Notes under the pieces: generated by a model
What the model saw: only the letters and a program-made list of their open reading frames with translations
Databases searched by the model: none
Told to the model about the DNA's origin: nothing
Part shown: positions 56,180 through 64,000 of the stretch, piece by piece
Position numbering within the stretch: position 1 is the first letter of the stretch
Layout: every line of letters starts with the position of its first letter
Program-made: the position numbers and the translations under genes
Assembly: GCA_965242525.1 (NCBI GenBank)
Contig: OZ251459.1
Coordinates: forward strand, 3,648,001-3,712,000
Origin: an uncultured Candidatus Binatia bacterium
GTDB lineage: Bacteria > Desulfobacterota > Binatia > UBA9968 > JAJDTQ01
Direction: 5' to 3'
Length of the DNA stretch: 64,000 nt

Positions 56180-57676
56180 ATGGCGTCACCCATGCCAGCC
56201 TCCAAGTCCGAGAAGATCCGCGCGCGTCTGGGCCACCCGATCATCGACTCCGATGGCCATACGGTGGAGCTGACGCCGGTGTTCCTGGATTACCTGAAGC
56301 AGGCGGGCGGCCCGGGAATGGTCGAGCGGTACGTCGAGGCCACCGCGGCCAGGGGGACCAACCGCTGGCACGACATGTCGGAGAGCGAGCGGCGCCGCCA
56401 CTGGACCCGCTGTCCGCCGTGGTGGGCCCGGCCCACGCGGACCCTGGACCGGGCCACCGCGTCGCTGCCGCGCCTGCTCCACGAGAGGATGGACGAGCTG
56501 GGTCTCGACTTCACCGTGCTCTACCCCACCGAGGGCATGGGCGGGCCGCCGGTGTTCCGGGACGAGGAACTCCGCCGGGCGTCGTGCCGGGCCCTCAACA
56601 CCTTCCACGCGGACATCTACCGGGAGTGCGCGGACCGCATGACCCCGGCCGCGGTGGTCCCCTTCGAGAACCCCCGGGAAGCCATCCACGAGATGGAGCA
56701 TGCGGTCGGGGAGTTGGGCCTCAAGGTCATCGTCTTCACCCATCAGCGCCGTCCCATCCCCCGGGCCCAGGACGGGCCGCCGGAGTTGGCCCGGTACGCC
56801 TACCGGCTGGACACCTTCGGGCTGGACAGCGAGCACGACTACGACCCGGTGTGGGCCAAGTGCGTCGAGCTCGGGGCGGTGCCCACGTCCCACGCCGGCT
56901 CCCAGGGCATCGGCGCGCGCCAGTCCATTTCCAACTACGCCTACAACCACATGGGCCACTTCGCCGCGGCCAACGACGCCATCTGCAAGTCGCTGTTCAT
57001 GGGCGGGGTGACCCGGCGTTTCCCCGGCATCCGGCTGGGCTTCCTCGAATGCGGGGTGGGCTGGGCCTGCCTGCTCTACGCGGATCTCGTGGGCCACTGG
57101 GAGAAGCGGGGACCCCAGGGGATCCAGAACCTGAACCCGGACAACCTGGACCGCGAGGAGTTGCTGCGGCTGGTGGACGAGTACGGCAGCCACCGGGTGC
57201 GGGAGCGGCTGGAGGACATCCGCAAGTTCTTCGACGGCACGGACGCCTCGGCCATCGGCAACTACCGCAGCGCCCACGAACTGAGGCGCCCGGACGTCCT
57301 GGACGACTGGGCCCGGTGCGAGATCGAGGAGGCGCGCCAGATCCGGGACCTGTTCGTGCCGCATTTCTACTTCGGGTGCGAGGCGGACGACCCCACCGTG
57401 GCCTGGGCGTTCGACACCCGGATCAACCCCTTCGGCGCCCGGCTGAACGCCATGATGAGCTCGGATCTGGGCCATTGGGACGTGGCCGACATGCGCGAGG
57501 TGGTGCCCGAGGCCTACGAGTTGCTGGAGCGGGGACTCCTCGACGAGGACGACTTCCGCGACTTCGCGTTCACCAACGCGGCCCGGTTCTACACGGAGAT
57601 GAACCCCGATTTCTTCACCGGGACCGTGTGCGAGGACGCGGTGTCCCGCGCCGTGCCCCGGCCAACGGGCGCCTGA
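56180..57676 (+). CDS. Amidohydrolase family protein (long form)
   Basis: IIDSDGH, MDELGLDFTVLYPT, FLECGVGW, SSDLGHWD. Confidence 0.9.
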   Translation: MASPMPASKSEKIRARLGHPIIDSDGHTVELTPVFLDYLKQAGGPGMVERYVEATAARGTNRWHDMSESERRRHWTRCPPWWARPTRTLDRATASLPRLLHERMDELGLDFTVLYPTEGMGGPPVFRDEELRRASCRALNTFHADIYRECADRMTPAAVVPFENPREAIHEMEHAVGELGLKVIVFTHQRRPIPRAQDGPPELARYAYRLDTFGLDSEHDYDPVWAKCVELGAVPTSHAGSQGIGARQSISNYAYNHMGHFAAANDAICKSLFMGGVTRRFPGIRLGFLECGVGWACLLYADLVGHWEKRGPQGIQNLNPDNLDREELLRLVDEYGSHRVRERLEDIRKFFDGTDASAIGNYRSAHELRRPDVLDDWARCEIEEARQIRDLFVPHFYFGCEADDPTVAWAFDTRINPFGARLNAMMSSDLGHWDVADMREVVPEAYELLERGLLDEDDFRDFAFTNAARFYTEMNPDFFTGTVCEDAVSRAVPRPTGA

Positions 57677-57703
57677 CCGAAGGCCGCCCAAGGGAGGACC
57701 GCC

Positions 57704-58759
57704 GTGGTTCGTATCGGCGTCATCGGCGTGGGGTTCGGCGCGAAAGTGCAGGTCCCGGCGTTCCAGTCCGAGGGTTTCGAGGTGACCGCGGTGTGCTCCC
57801 GGAGGGAGGAGCGCGCGAAAGAGGCGGCCGCGAGCCTGGGCATACCCCATGCCCATACCGATTACCGGCGGATGCTGGAGCAGCCAGACCTCGACGCGGT
57901 GAGCATCGTGACCCCTCCCCACCTCCACCACGACATGGCGGTGGCGGCGCTGGACGCGGGCAAGCACGTCCTGTGCGAGAAGCCCTTCGCCATGGACCGG
58001 ACCCAGGCCCAGTCCATGCGGGACAAGGCCCGGAGCACCGGCCTGACCGCCATGGTGGCCCACGAGTTCCGCTTCGCGCCGGCCCGGGCCTACGTGAAGG
58101 AACTGTTGGAGCAGGGGTACGTCGGCCGCTTCCGCACCGCGTCGGTGACCCTCTTCCTGCGGGGCGGGCCGCCGGGGGGCCGGCCCGGTTTCGACTGGCG
58201 CCAGCAGTATTCCTACGGCGGCGGACAACTGGGCGGGCTGGGGTCCCACTACATCGACTGCCTGCGGGACTGGTTCGGGGAGATCCGGAGCGTCAGCGGA
58301 CGGGTCTTCACCCCGGAGGAAGCCGCCCACGGCGCCGACACCTCCGATGACGCCTTCGGGTTGCTGGCGACCTTCGCCCGCGGCGGCTGGGCCTCCCTGG
58401 CGGCCGACTTCGCCGCACCCCTGGGATCGAAGGTGCGGATGGAGGTCCACGGCGCCGAGGGCAGCCTGGGCCTCTCCCACGCGGGCGTCAACCCGCCGCC
58501 CGACGGGACCGTCTTCGGCGCCCGGCACGCCGAGGACGATGCGATGAAGGAGCTTCCGGCGCCGGAACGGTTCCGGGTGGCGCCGGACGAGCGGGACCCC
58601 CGCCTGGGCGCCTTCCGGGTGCTGGCGCAACGGTTCCGCCGGGGCATCGAGGAAGGGACTTCGCCCGCCCCGAGCTTCGAGGACGGTTACCGCTGCCAGC
58701 AGGTCATGGACGCGGTGCGCCTGGACGGCGCCGGCGGATGGATCGAGATCGAGGCATAG
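57704..58759 (+). CDS. Gfo/Idh/MocA oxidoreductase
   Basis: GVIGVGFG, LCEKPFA, GSHYID. Confidence 0.92.
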   Translation: MVRIGVIGVGFGAKVQVPAFQSEGFEVTAVCSRREERAKEAAASLGIPHAHTDYRRMLEQPDLDAVSIVTPPHLHHDMAVAALDAGKHVLCEKPFAMDRTQAQSMRDKARSTGLTAMVAHEFRFAPARAYVKELLEQGYVGRFRTASVTLFLRGGPPGGRPGFDWRQQYSYGGGQLGGLGSHYIDCLRDWFGEIRSVSGRVFTPEEAAHGADTSDDAFGLLATFARGGWASLAADFAAPLGSKVRMEVHGAEGSLGLSHAGVNPPPDGTVFGARHAEDDAMKELPAPERFRVAPDERDPRLGAFRVLAQRFRRGIEEGTSPAPSFEDGYRCQQVMDAVRLDGAGGWIEIEA

Positions 58760-58863
58760 GCGCCGCGGACGGACGCGCGGGTCCCGACGACGATACCTGG
58801 CGCCGCGGCCATGACCGCGGCGCGGCCCCGCGCGCGTGACTCCGCCCCCACCGGGAGTTCCCC

Positions 58864-60012
58864 ATGGCCAAGAACGGCTTCCGAGTGCTCGACAGCGACA
58901 TGCACGTGTTCGAGCCCCACGACCTGTACCTGAAGTACATGGACCCCAAGTGGGGCGACCGGATCCCCCGGGGCGAGCCGCGCAAGCGCCACGGCCAGAT
59001 CCGCTTCACCTATGCGGATGGCGCGCCGGTGCGTCCCGGCGGCGCCGGGCTCCGGTCGCCGCGGAACGCCCAGGAGCAGCGGTTCGAGAAGGCCGCGCCC
59101 CACTACCGGAACGCCCTGGCCCGGGACTACGACCCGGTGTCGCAACTCGACGCCATGGACGTGGAAGGGCTGGACGTGGCCGTGCTGTTCCGCACCTTCC
59201 CGCTCCACTGCGACGACGGCCTCGCGCCGGAGTACGCCATGGCCCTGTGCCGGGCCTGGAACGACTGGATCTTCGACTTCTGCCGGGAGGACCCCGCGCG
59301 CATGAAGTTCGCGGCGCTGGTCACGCTCCACGACGTGGACCTGGCGGTGGAGGAAGCCCGGCGGGCGGTGGCGGAGCTCGGCGCCGCGGGCCTGTGCCTG
59401 GTGCCGGAACCCGTCAACGGCAACCACATCCACGACCCTTGCTTCGACCCACTGTGGGCGCAGGCGGAAAAGACCGGGGTCCCCATCTGCTTCCATCCCG
59501 CGGGCTTCCCTAGGCAGGAGCACGCGGCGCTCCGTTTCGTCGGACACCCCAACGACGGTTTCCTGGTCAGCACCTACAGCAAGGCGCTGGAGTTGATGAT
59601 GGCCATCGGCAGCTTCTGCGGCGGCGGCGTGCTGGAGCGGTTCCCCGCGTTGCGGGCGGTGTTCCTGGAAGGCAACTGCGGCTGGCTGCCGTGGCTGCTC
59701 TACCGCATGGACGAGCGCTGGCAGGACCGCAAGGACCAGCTCGACGAGCCCCTGAGCCGGAGGCCCAGCGACTACTTCCTGCGCCAGTGCTTCGTGTCCG
59801 TGGACCCGGACGAAAGCCTCGTCACCGACGTCATCGGCCGGGTGGGAGACCGGAACCTCGTGATCTCCACCGACTACCCCCACGACGACGCCCACTGGCC
59901 CAACGCCATGGACACCTTCCTCGCCATCGACGGCGTCACCGACGCCTCGCGCAGGAAGATCCTGTGGGACAACTGCGCCCGCCTCTACGACGTGCCCGCC
60001 CCCGGCGCCTGA
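58864..60012 (+). CDS. Amidohydrolase_2 family protein
   Basis: LDSDMHVFEP, FLEGNCGW, STDYPHDD. Confidence 0.9.
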   Translation: MAKNGFRVLDSDMHVFEPHDLYLKYMDPKWGDRIPRGEPRKRHGQIRFTYADGAPVRPGGAGLRSPRNAQEQRFEKAAPHYRNALARDYDPVSQLDAMDVEGLDVAVLFRTFPLHCDDGLAPEYAMALCRAWNDWIFDFCREDPARMKFAALVTLHDVDLAVEEARRAVAELGAAGLCLVPEPVNGNHIHDPCFDPLWAQAEKTGVPICFHPAGFPRQEHAALRFVGHPNDGFLVSTYSKALELMMAIGSFCGGGVLERFPALRAVFLEGNCGWLPWLLYRMDERWQDRKDQLDEPLSRRPSDYFLRQCFVSVDPDESLVTDVIGRVGDRNLVISTDYPHDDAHWPNAMDTFLAIDGVTDASRRKILWDNCARLYDVPAPGA

Positions 60013-60076
60013 CGCGGACGCAACTGCGGCAGGTGTCGGGGGCGGGAGCGCCACGCGAGGGTCTCGGGGCAGCCGC

Positions 60077-60622
60077 CTACAGGCCCTCCATCTGGCGGTC
60101 CTCCAGCTCCTGCTTGCCCTTGTCGTCGATGGAGTGGACCCCGTCTTCGGACGAGATCAGTTCCGGGTCGTAGAACAGCTTCGACACCTCCAGCCCGTCC
60201 TCGTACTCCACCATGCGGATGGCGTCCCAGGGGCAGATCTTCTTGTCGAGGCGGTCCTCGGAGTCGGTGCCCACGAGCTGGAGGTCGCTCTTCCTGGGCT
60301 CCTGTTCCTTCTCCAGGGGCTTCTTGCCGCTGTCGTAGAAACGGTTGCCGTACTCGAAGAAGACCTCTCCGGTGGTCTTGTGCTCGTGGATCTTGGTCAG
60401 GTCGTCGCTGTAGCACATCTGGCAGCCGATGCACTTCTCGTTGTCCACCCACACCCGGTAGGGCTTGAGGCCGCCCCCGGGCATTTCCTCGTACAGCAGG
60501 TTGATGCAGTCGTCCACCGGACAGTGCACCTCGCACAGGGGCGCCCCGGCGCAACTCGTGCAGTTCTCGTTCATCACGGCCAGGAGCGCCGTGCCCTTTC
60601 GCTTCTTCGCAGCTTCAGCCAT
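60077..60622 (-). CDS. 2x[4Fe-4S] ferredoxin-like protein with large insertion
   Basis: CTSC...C...CP and CIGCQMC...CP. Confidence 0.82.
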   Translation of the reverse strand: MAEAAKKRKGTALLAVMNENCTSCAGAPLCEVHCPVDDCINLLYEEMPGGGLKPYRVWVDNEKCIGCQMCYSDDLTKIHEHKTTGEVFFEYGNRFYDSGKKPLEKEQEPRKSDLQLVGTDSEDRLDKKICPWDAIRMVEYEDGLEVSKLFYDPELISSEDGVHSIDDKGKQELEDRQMEGL

Positions 60623-61481
60623 CGAGACTCACCCTTGCCCTTGCCTTGTACCGGAAATAGAAGAACAGGCCCAAAGCCAACAACAGGAACACCCAGTAGT
60701 AGCGAATCAGGCCGACCCTGGCCCATTCGAGCCAGTAGATGAAGTTCGGGGACCGGTGGCCGAGCCGGGCCAGGGCGTCCTGGGCCCCCGAGTAGTCCCG
60801 CAACTCCCTGCGGACCCTGGCCAAGCCGTGCAGCGCCCCTTCGTCGTCGGGGTCGATGCCGAGGGACTTCTCGAAATCGCCCCTGGCCCCCTGCCAGTCG
60901 CCTTGCTCGACCCGGGCCCAACCGCGGTTGCTCGCAGCCTGGGCGAAGTCCGGGTTGGCCTCCAGCGCCCGGGAGAAACTCTCGACGGCCTGCTCCAGGT
61001 CGCCGTTCCGCTTGACCGCCACCCCCAGGTTGTTGTGGGCTTCGGCCAGTTCGGGCCGGAGCTCCACCACCCTCCGGTACGAAGCCACCGCCGCGGCCAC
61101 GTCGCCGGTGACCTCCAGTTCGAGCCACCCCAGGAAGGTCAGCGCCTCGGCATCGTCCGGGGCCAGGGCCGCGGACTTCCTCACGTGCGCCACCGCGGCC
61201 TCCCGGTCCCCCTTCCTGAACGCGGCCAAGCCGAGCACGAGAAGGAGCTGGGACTCTTCCGGGTACTTCTCCAGCAGCTTCTCGAACTTCCCCCGGGCCT
61301 CGGCCACCCTGCCCGCGGCCAAGTCCTGCCGACCCGTCCGCCACGACTCTTCGTCCACCAGGGCCGCTTCCCCGCGGACCAACAGGCCCGCCACGAGGAC
61401 CGCGGCCAGGACGGCGGAGCACCGGAGACCTCGACGCCTACTTCCACATGCGCTCGGGTATTTCGTTCTCTCGACCTTCAT
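60615..61481 (-). CDS. TPR-repeat membrane-anchored protein
   Basis: AEAHNNLG, AQAASNRG TPR motifs; N- and C-terminal hydrophobic segments. Confidence 0.88.
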   Translation of the reverse strand: MKVERTKYPSACGSRRRGLRCSAVLAAVLVAGLLVRGEAALVDEESWRTGRQDLAAGRVAEARGKFEKLLEKYPEESQLLLVLGLAAFRKGDREAAVAHVRKSAALAPDDAEALTFLGWLELEVTGDVAAAVASYRRVVELRPELAEAHNNLGVAVKRNGDLEQAVESFSRALEANPDFAQAASNRGWARVEQGDWQGARGDFEKSLGIDPDDEGALHGLARVRRELRDYSGAQDALARLGHRSPNFIYWLEWARVGLIRYYWVFLLLALGLFFYFRYKARARVSLDG

Positions 61482-61623
61482 CGACCAGCCTGTCGTTCCT
61501 GAGGGCTTGCCGCAGGCCGACCCAGGTGAAGAACAGGACGAGGATCAACATGCCCACGATGGGGATGTTGTCGGGTTTGGTGACGATCTCCATGAAATAG
61601 TACCAGCCGGATTCTTCTTTCAT
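61438..61623 (-). CDS. Small single-pass membrane protein (61 aa)
   Basis: IVTKPDNIPIVGMLILVLFFTW; GAGGTGG SD-like sequence upstream. Confidence 0.7.
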   Translation of the reverse strand: MKEESGWYYFMEIVTKPDNIPIVGMLILVLFFTWVGLRQALRNDRLVDEGRENEIPERMWK

Positions 61624-61751
61624 ACGACTCGACCACCTCGCTTCGTTTTCAGTCGGACCATTGTAAACCATCTCACGACGGAGTACCACACCGGCGAGCA
61701 GGCTTCCCGCCGGCCTCCCGGCCCTGTCGAAACAGACGGAATTATTGTAAA

Positions 61752-61885
61752 GAAACCCCTGGACAATCGAGACATCCGGGATAGACTCCCGCACCCCGAC
61801 CCTCCTATCCCCGTTCGTCCTGAGCGTAGCGGAGCGAAGTCGAAGGACGCGCTCATGCTCCCTGTCCCGATTGTTCGGAGGTTCC
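61752..61885 (-). mobile_element. IS5-like MITE (family A2)
   Basis: GAAACCCCTGGACAATCG...CGATTGTTCGGAGGTTCC; same body as 18416 and 23568. Confidence 0.75.
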
Positions 61886-61892
61886 GCAGGAA

Positions 61893-62007
61893 GGAACTTC
61901 CTGCTTTCGTGTGGGCAGAGTACGGGTAGCGTCCCCTCCCCCCTTGAGGGGGAGGGACAGGGAGGGGGGTACGGCGGGGTTGAGGGGCGGAGGAAACCGG
62001 AGGGCGC
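61893..62007. repeat. Truncated family B element with CCCTCCCCCTTGAGGGGGAGGG hairpin
   Basis: CTTCCTGCTTTCGTGTGGG end, plus sequence shared with ~30596-30650. Confidence 0.6.
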
Positions 62008-62020
62008 GGGGGCAAAGGTC

Positions 62021-63490
62021 ATGCGAGGACTTGGCGTCATCATCCTGGCCGCGGGCCGGGGCAAGCGGATGAGGTCGGCCACCCCGAAGGTGCTGCACCT
62101 CCTGGGCGGCAAGCCCCTGCTGTCCTATCCGCTCCGGGCCAGCGCGGGACTCGGAGCGGAAAAGGTGTGCGTGGTGGTGGGCCACTGCGGCGACCGGGTC
62201 CGGGACGCCTTTCCCGAAACGGACGAGGCCCCTTGGGTCGCGCCGCCGGACCCGCGGGGCGCCCCTTCCCGGGAGCCGGAGCATCCTGCCCGCGTCCGGG
62301 TGGACTGGGCGGTGCAGCGTGAGCAACTGGGCACCGGCCATGCAGTCCTGTGCGCGCGGCAAGCCTTCCGCGGCTTCCGGGGGGACCTGCTCGTCCTCAG
62401 CGGCGACGTGCCCCTTCTCCCGCGGGACCGCCTGTCCGAGTTGCTGCGGGCGCACCGAACGGGGGGCCACGACCTCACACTCGCGACCGCGACGCTGGCG
62501 GACCCGTCCGGGTACGGCCGGGTGCTGCGGGACCCCGAAGGCGCCGTCACGGGCGTGGTGGAGGAGCGCGACGCCGGCGCCGCGGAAAGGGAGGTCCGCG
62601 AGATCAACGTGGGCCTCTACGCGGCGTCCGCGGGCTTCCTCTTCGACGCCGTCGAAGAGGTGGGCAACGACAACAGCCAGGGGGAGTATTACCTGCCGGA
62701 CATCGTGGGGGTCGCCGCCCGCGGGAAGGCCGGGGTCGGCAGCCTCGCCATCGACGACCCGCGGGAATTCCGCGGCGTGAACAACAGGGAGGAACTCGCC
62801 TGGATGGAAAAGGCATTGCAGAAGGACGTGAACCGGAAATGGATGGAGCGGGGGGTGACCCTCAAGGACCCCGAGAGCACCTGGATCGACGCCGAGGCCG
62901 TCATCGGGGAGGACACCGTCATCGGTCCCCACACCCATCTGCTGGGCCGCACGGTGGTGGGGTCCCGTTGCCGCATCGACGGCAGCGCCTACCTCACCAA
63001 CGCGTGCCTGGCGGACGAGGTCCACTTGCGCTTCTCGGTGGTGCTCGACGGCTGCGAGGTCGAGGACGGAGTCAGCGTCGGCCCCTTCGCCCACCTGCGT
63101 CCCGGCGCCGTGCTGAAGCGCAACGTGCACATCGGCAACTTCGTGGAGGTCAAGAACTCCTCGGTGGGGGAGTCCACCAAGGCCAGCCACCTGAGCTACA
63201 TCGGCGACAGCGAGGTCGGCCGGGACTCCAACATCGGGGCGGGCGTCATCACCTGCAACTACGACGGCTTCGTCAAGAACCGGACCACCATCGGCGACCG
63301 GGTCCAGGTGGGCAGCGACACCCAGCTCGTGGCGCCGGTGGCGGTGGGCGACGACGCCTACATCGGGGCCGGGTCCACCATCACCAGGGACGTGCCCCCG
63401 GGCGCCCTGGCCCTGAGCCGGACGCCGCAGCAACACACGAAGGGCTGGGTGGCCGAGTTCCGGGCGCGAAAAGGCCGCAAGGGCCGGTAG
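62021..63490 (+). CDS. glmU: Bifunctional UDP-GlcNAc pyrophosphorylase/GlcN-1-P acetyltransferase
   Basis: [41 protein letters not shown]. Confidence 0.97.
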   Translation: MRGLGVIILAAGRGKRMRSATPKVLHLLGGKPLLSYPLRASAGLGAEKVCVVVGHCGDRVRDAFPETDEAPWVAPPDPRGAPSREPEHPARVRVDWAVQREQLGTGHAVLCARQAFRGFRGDLLVLSGDVPLLPRDRLSELLRAHRTGGHDLTLATATLADPSGYGRVLRDPEGAVTGVVEERDAGAAEREVREINVGLYAASAGFLFDAVEEVGNDNSQGEYYLPDIVGVAARGKAGVGSLAIDDPREFRGVNNREELAWMEKALQKDVNRKWMERGVTLKDPESTWIDAEAVIGEDTVIGPHTHLLGRTVVGSRCRIDGSAYLTNACLADEVHLRFSVVLDGCEVEDGVSVGPFAHLRPGAVLKRNVHIGNFVEVKNSSVGESTKASHLSYIGDSEVGRDSNIGAGVITCNYDGFVKNRTTIGDRVQVGSDTQLVAPVAVGDDAYIGAGSTITRDVPPGALALSRTPQQHTKGWVAEFRARKGRKGR

Positions 63491-63514
63491 CGGCGGATCC
63501 GGGGCCGGACGGGA

Positions 63515-63611
63515 GGAACGTCCGATGGATGCGGCTCTCCACCGGGAAGGCGCGTCCTTCGACTCCGCTTCGCTACGCCCGGGACGAACGGGGAGGGTCG
63601 TTCCGAATTTC
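63515..63611 (+). mobile_element. Family A MITE between glmU and glmS
   Basis: GGAACGTCCG...GCGTCCTTCGACTCCGCTTCGCTACGCCCGGGACGAACGG. Confidence 0.65.
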
Positions 63612-63623
63612 ACGGAGTCTTCC

Positions 63624-64000
63624 ATGTGCGGAATCGTGGGATACATCGGCGTCCGTGACGCCGGGCGGGTGCTCCTCGACAGCCTGAGGAAGCTCGAGTA
63701 CCGGGGCTACGACTCGGCCGGCATCGCCGTCCTCGACCGGGGGGAGATCGCGCTGCGGCGCGCCGAGGGCAAGCTCGCCAGGCTCGAGACCCTGCTCGCG
63801 GACGCGCCGGTCCGGGGACGCGCGGGCATCGGCCACACGCGCTGGGCCACCCACGGCCGTCCTTCCGAGACCAACGCCCACCCCCACCGCGCGGACGACA
63901 CCGTGGTGGTGCACAACGGCATCATCGAGAACTACCGCGAGATCGAGGCGGCGCTGCTGGCCCGGGGCGCCAAGCTGGCCTCGGACACCGACACCGAGCT
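63624..64000 (+). CDS. glmS: Glutamine-fructose-6-phosphate aminotransferase, 3'-truncated by window edge
   Basis: [43 protein letters not shown]. Confidence 0.97.
   Translation, partial: MCGIVGYIGVRDAGRVLLDSLRKLEYRGYDSAGIAVLDRGEIALRRAEGKLARLETLLADAPVRGRAGIGHTRWATHGRPSETNAHPHRADDTVVVHNGIIENYREIEAALLARGAKLASDTDTE

Noticed and set aside
63491-63623. glmS ribozyme upstream of glmS
   Set aside because: The interval is occupied by a family A MITE and no ribozyme consensus was recognised.

Overview
High-GC bacterial window. Its many amidohydrolases, toxin-antitoxin genes and MITEs resemble uncultured Deltaproteobacteria/Binatia-like symbionts, but this placement is inference. Housekeeping genes are pgi, glmU and the start of glmS. 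Catabolic content includes a phthalate-like Rieske oxygenase cluster (6.7-11.0 kb), five amidohydrolases, a BoxB-like diiron protein, and a ~15 kb co-oriented operon (38.6-53.9 kb) with a peptide-type ABC transporter, twin hydrolases and an HpsN-like dehydrogenase. Defence/TA genes are scattered throughout: an SF1 helicase-DUF559 nuclease with Fic, HigBA-IrrE with an orphan HTH-fused MTase, Phd-VapC, and solo AAA ATPases. The most unusual locus is an atypical DNA-phosphorothioation island (11.1-16.9 kb, minus strand). It has translationally coupled dndA-dndC but no dndB/D/E/FGH, followed by an unknown ParB-like HTH protein, a sulfur-binding-domain-like HNH nuclease and an ABC/AAA_21 ATPase. 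Intergenic DNA is densely colonised by IS5-like MITEs carrying a REP hairpin, some with exact 4-bp target duplications, and by ISL3-like MITEs. No rRNA, tRNA, transposase or CRISPR array was recognised.
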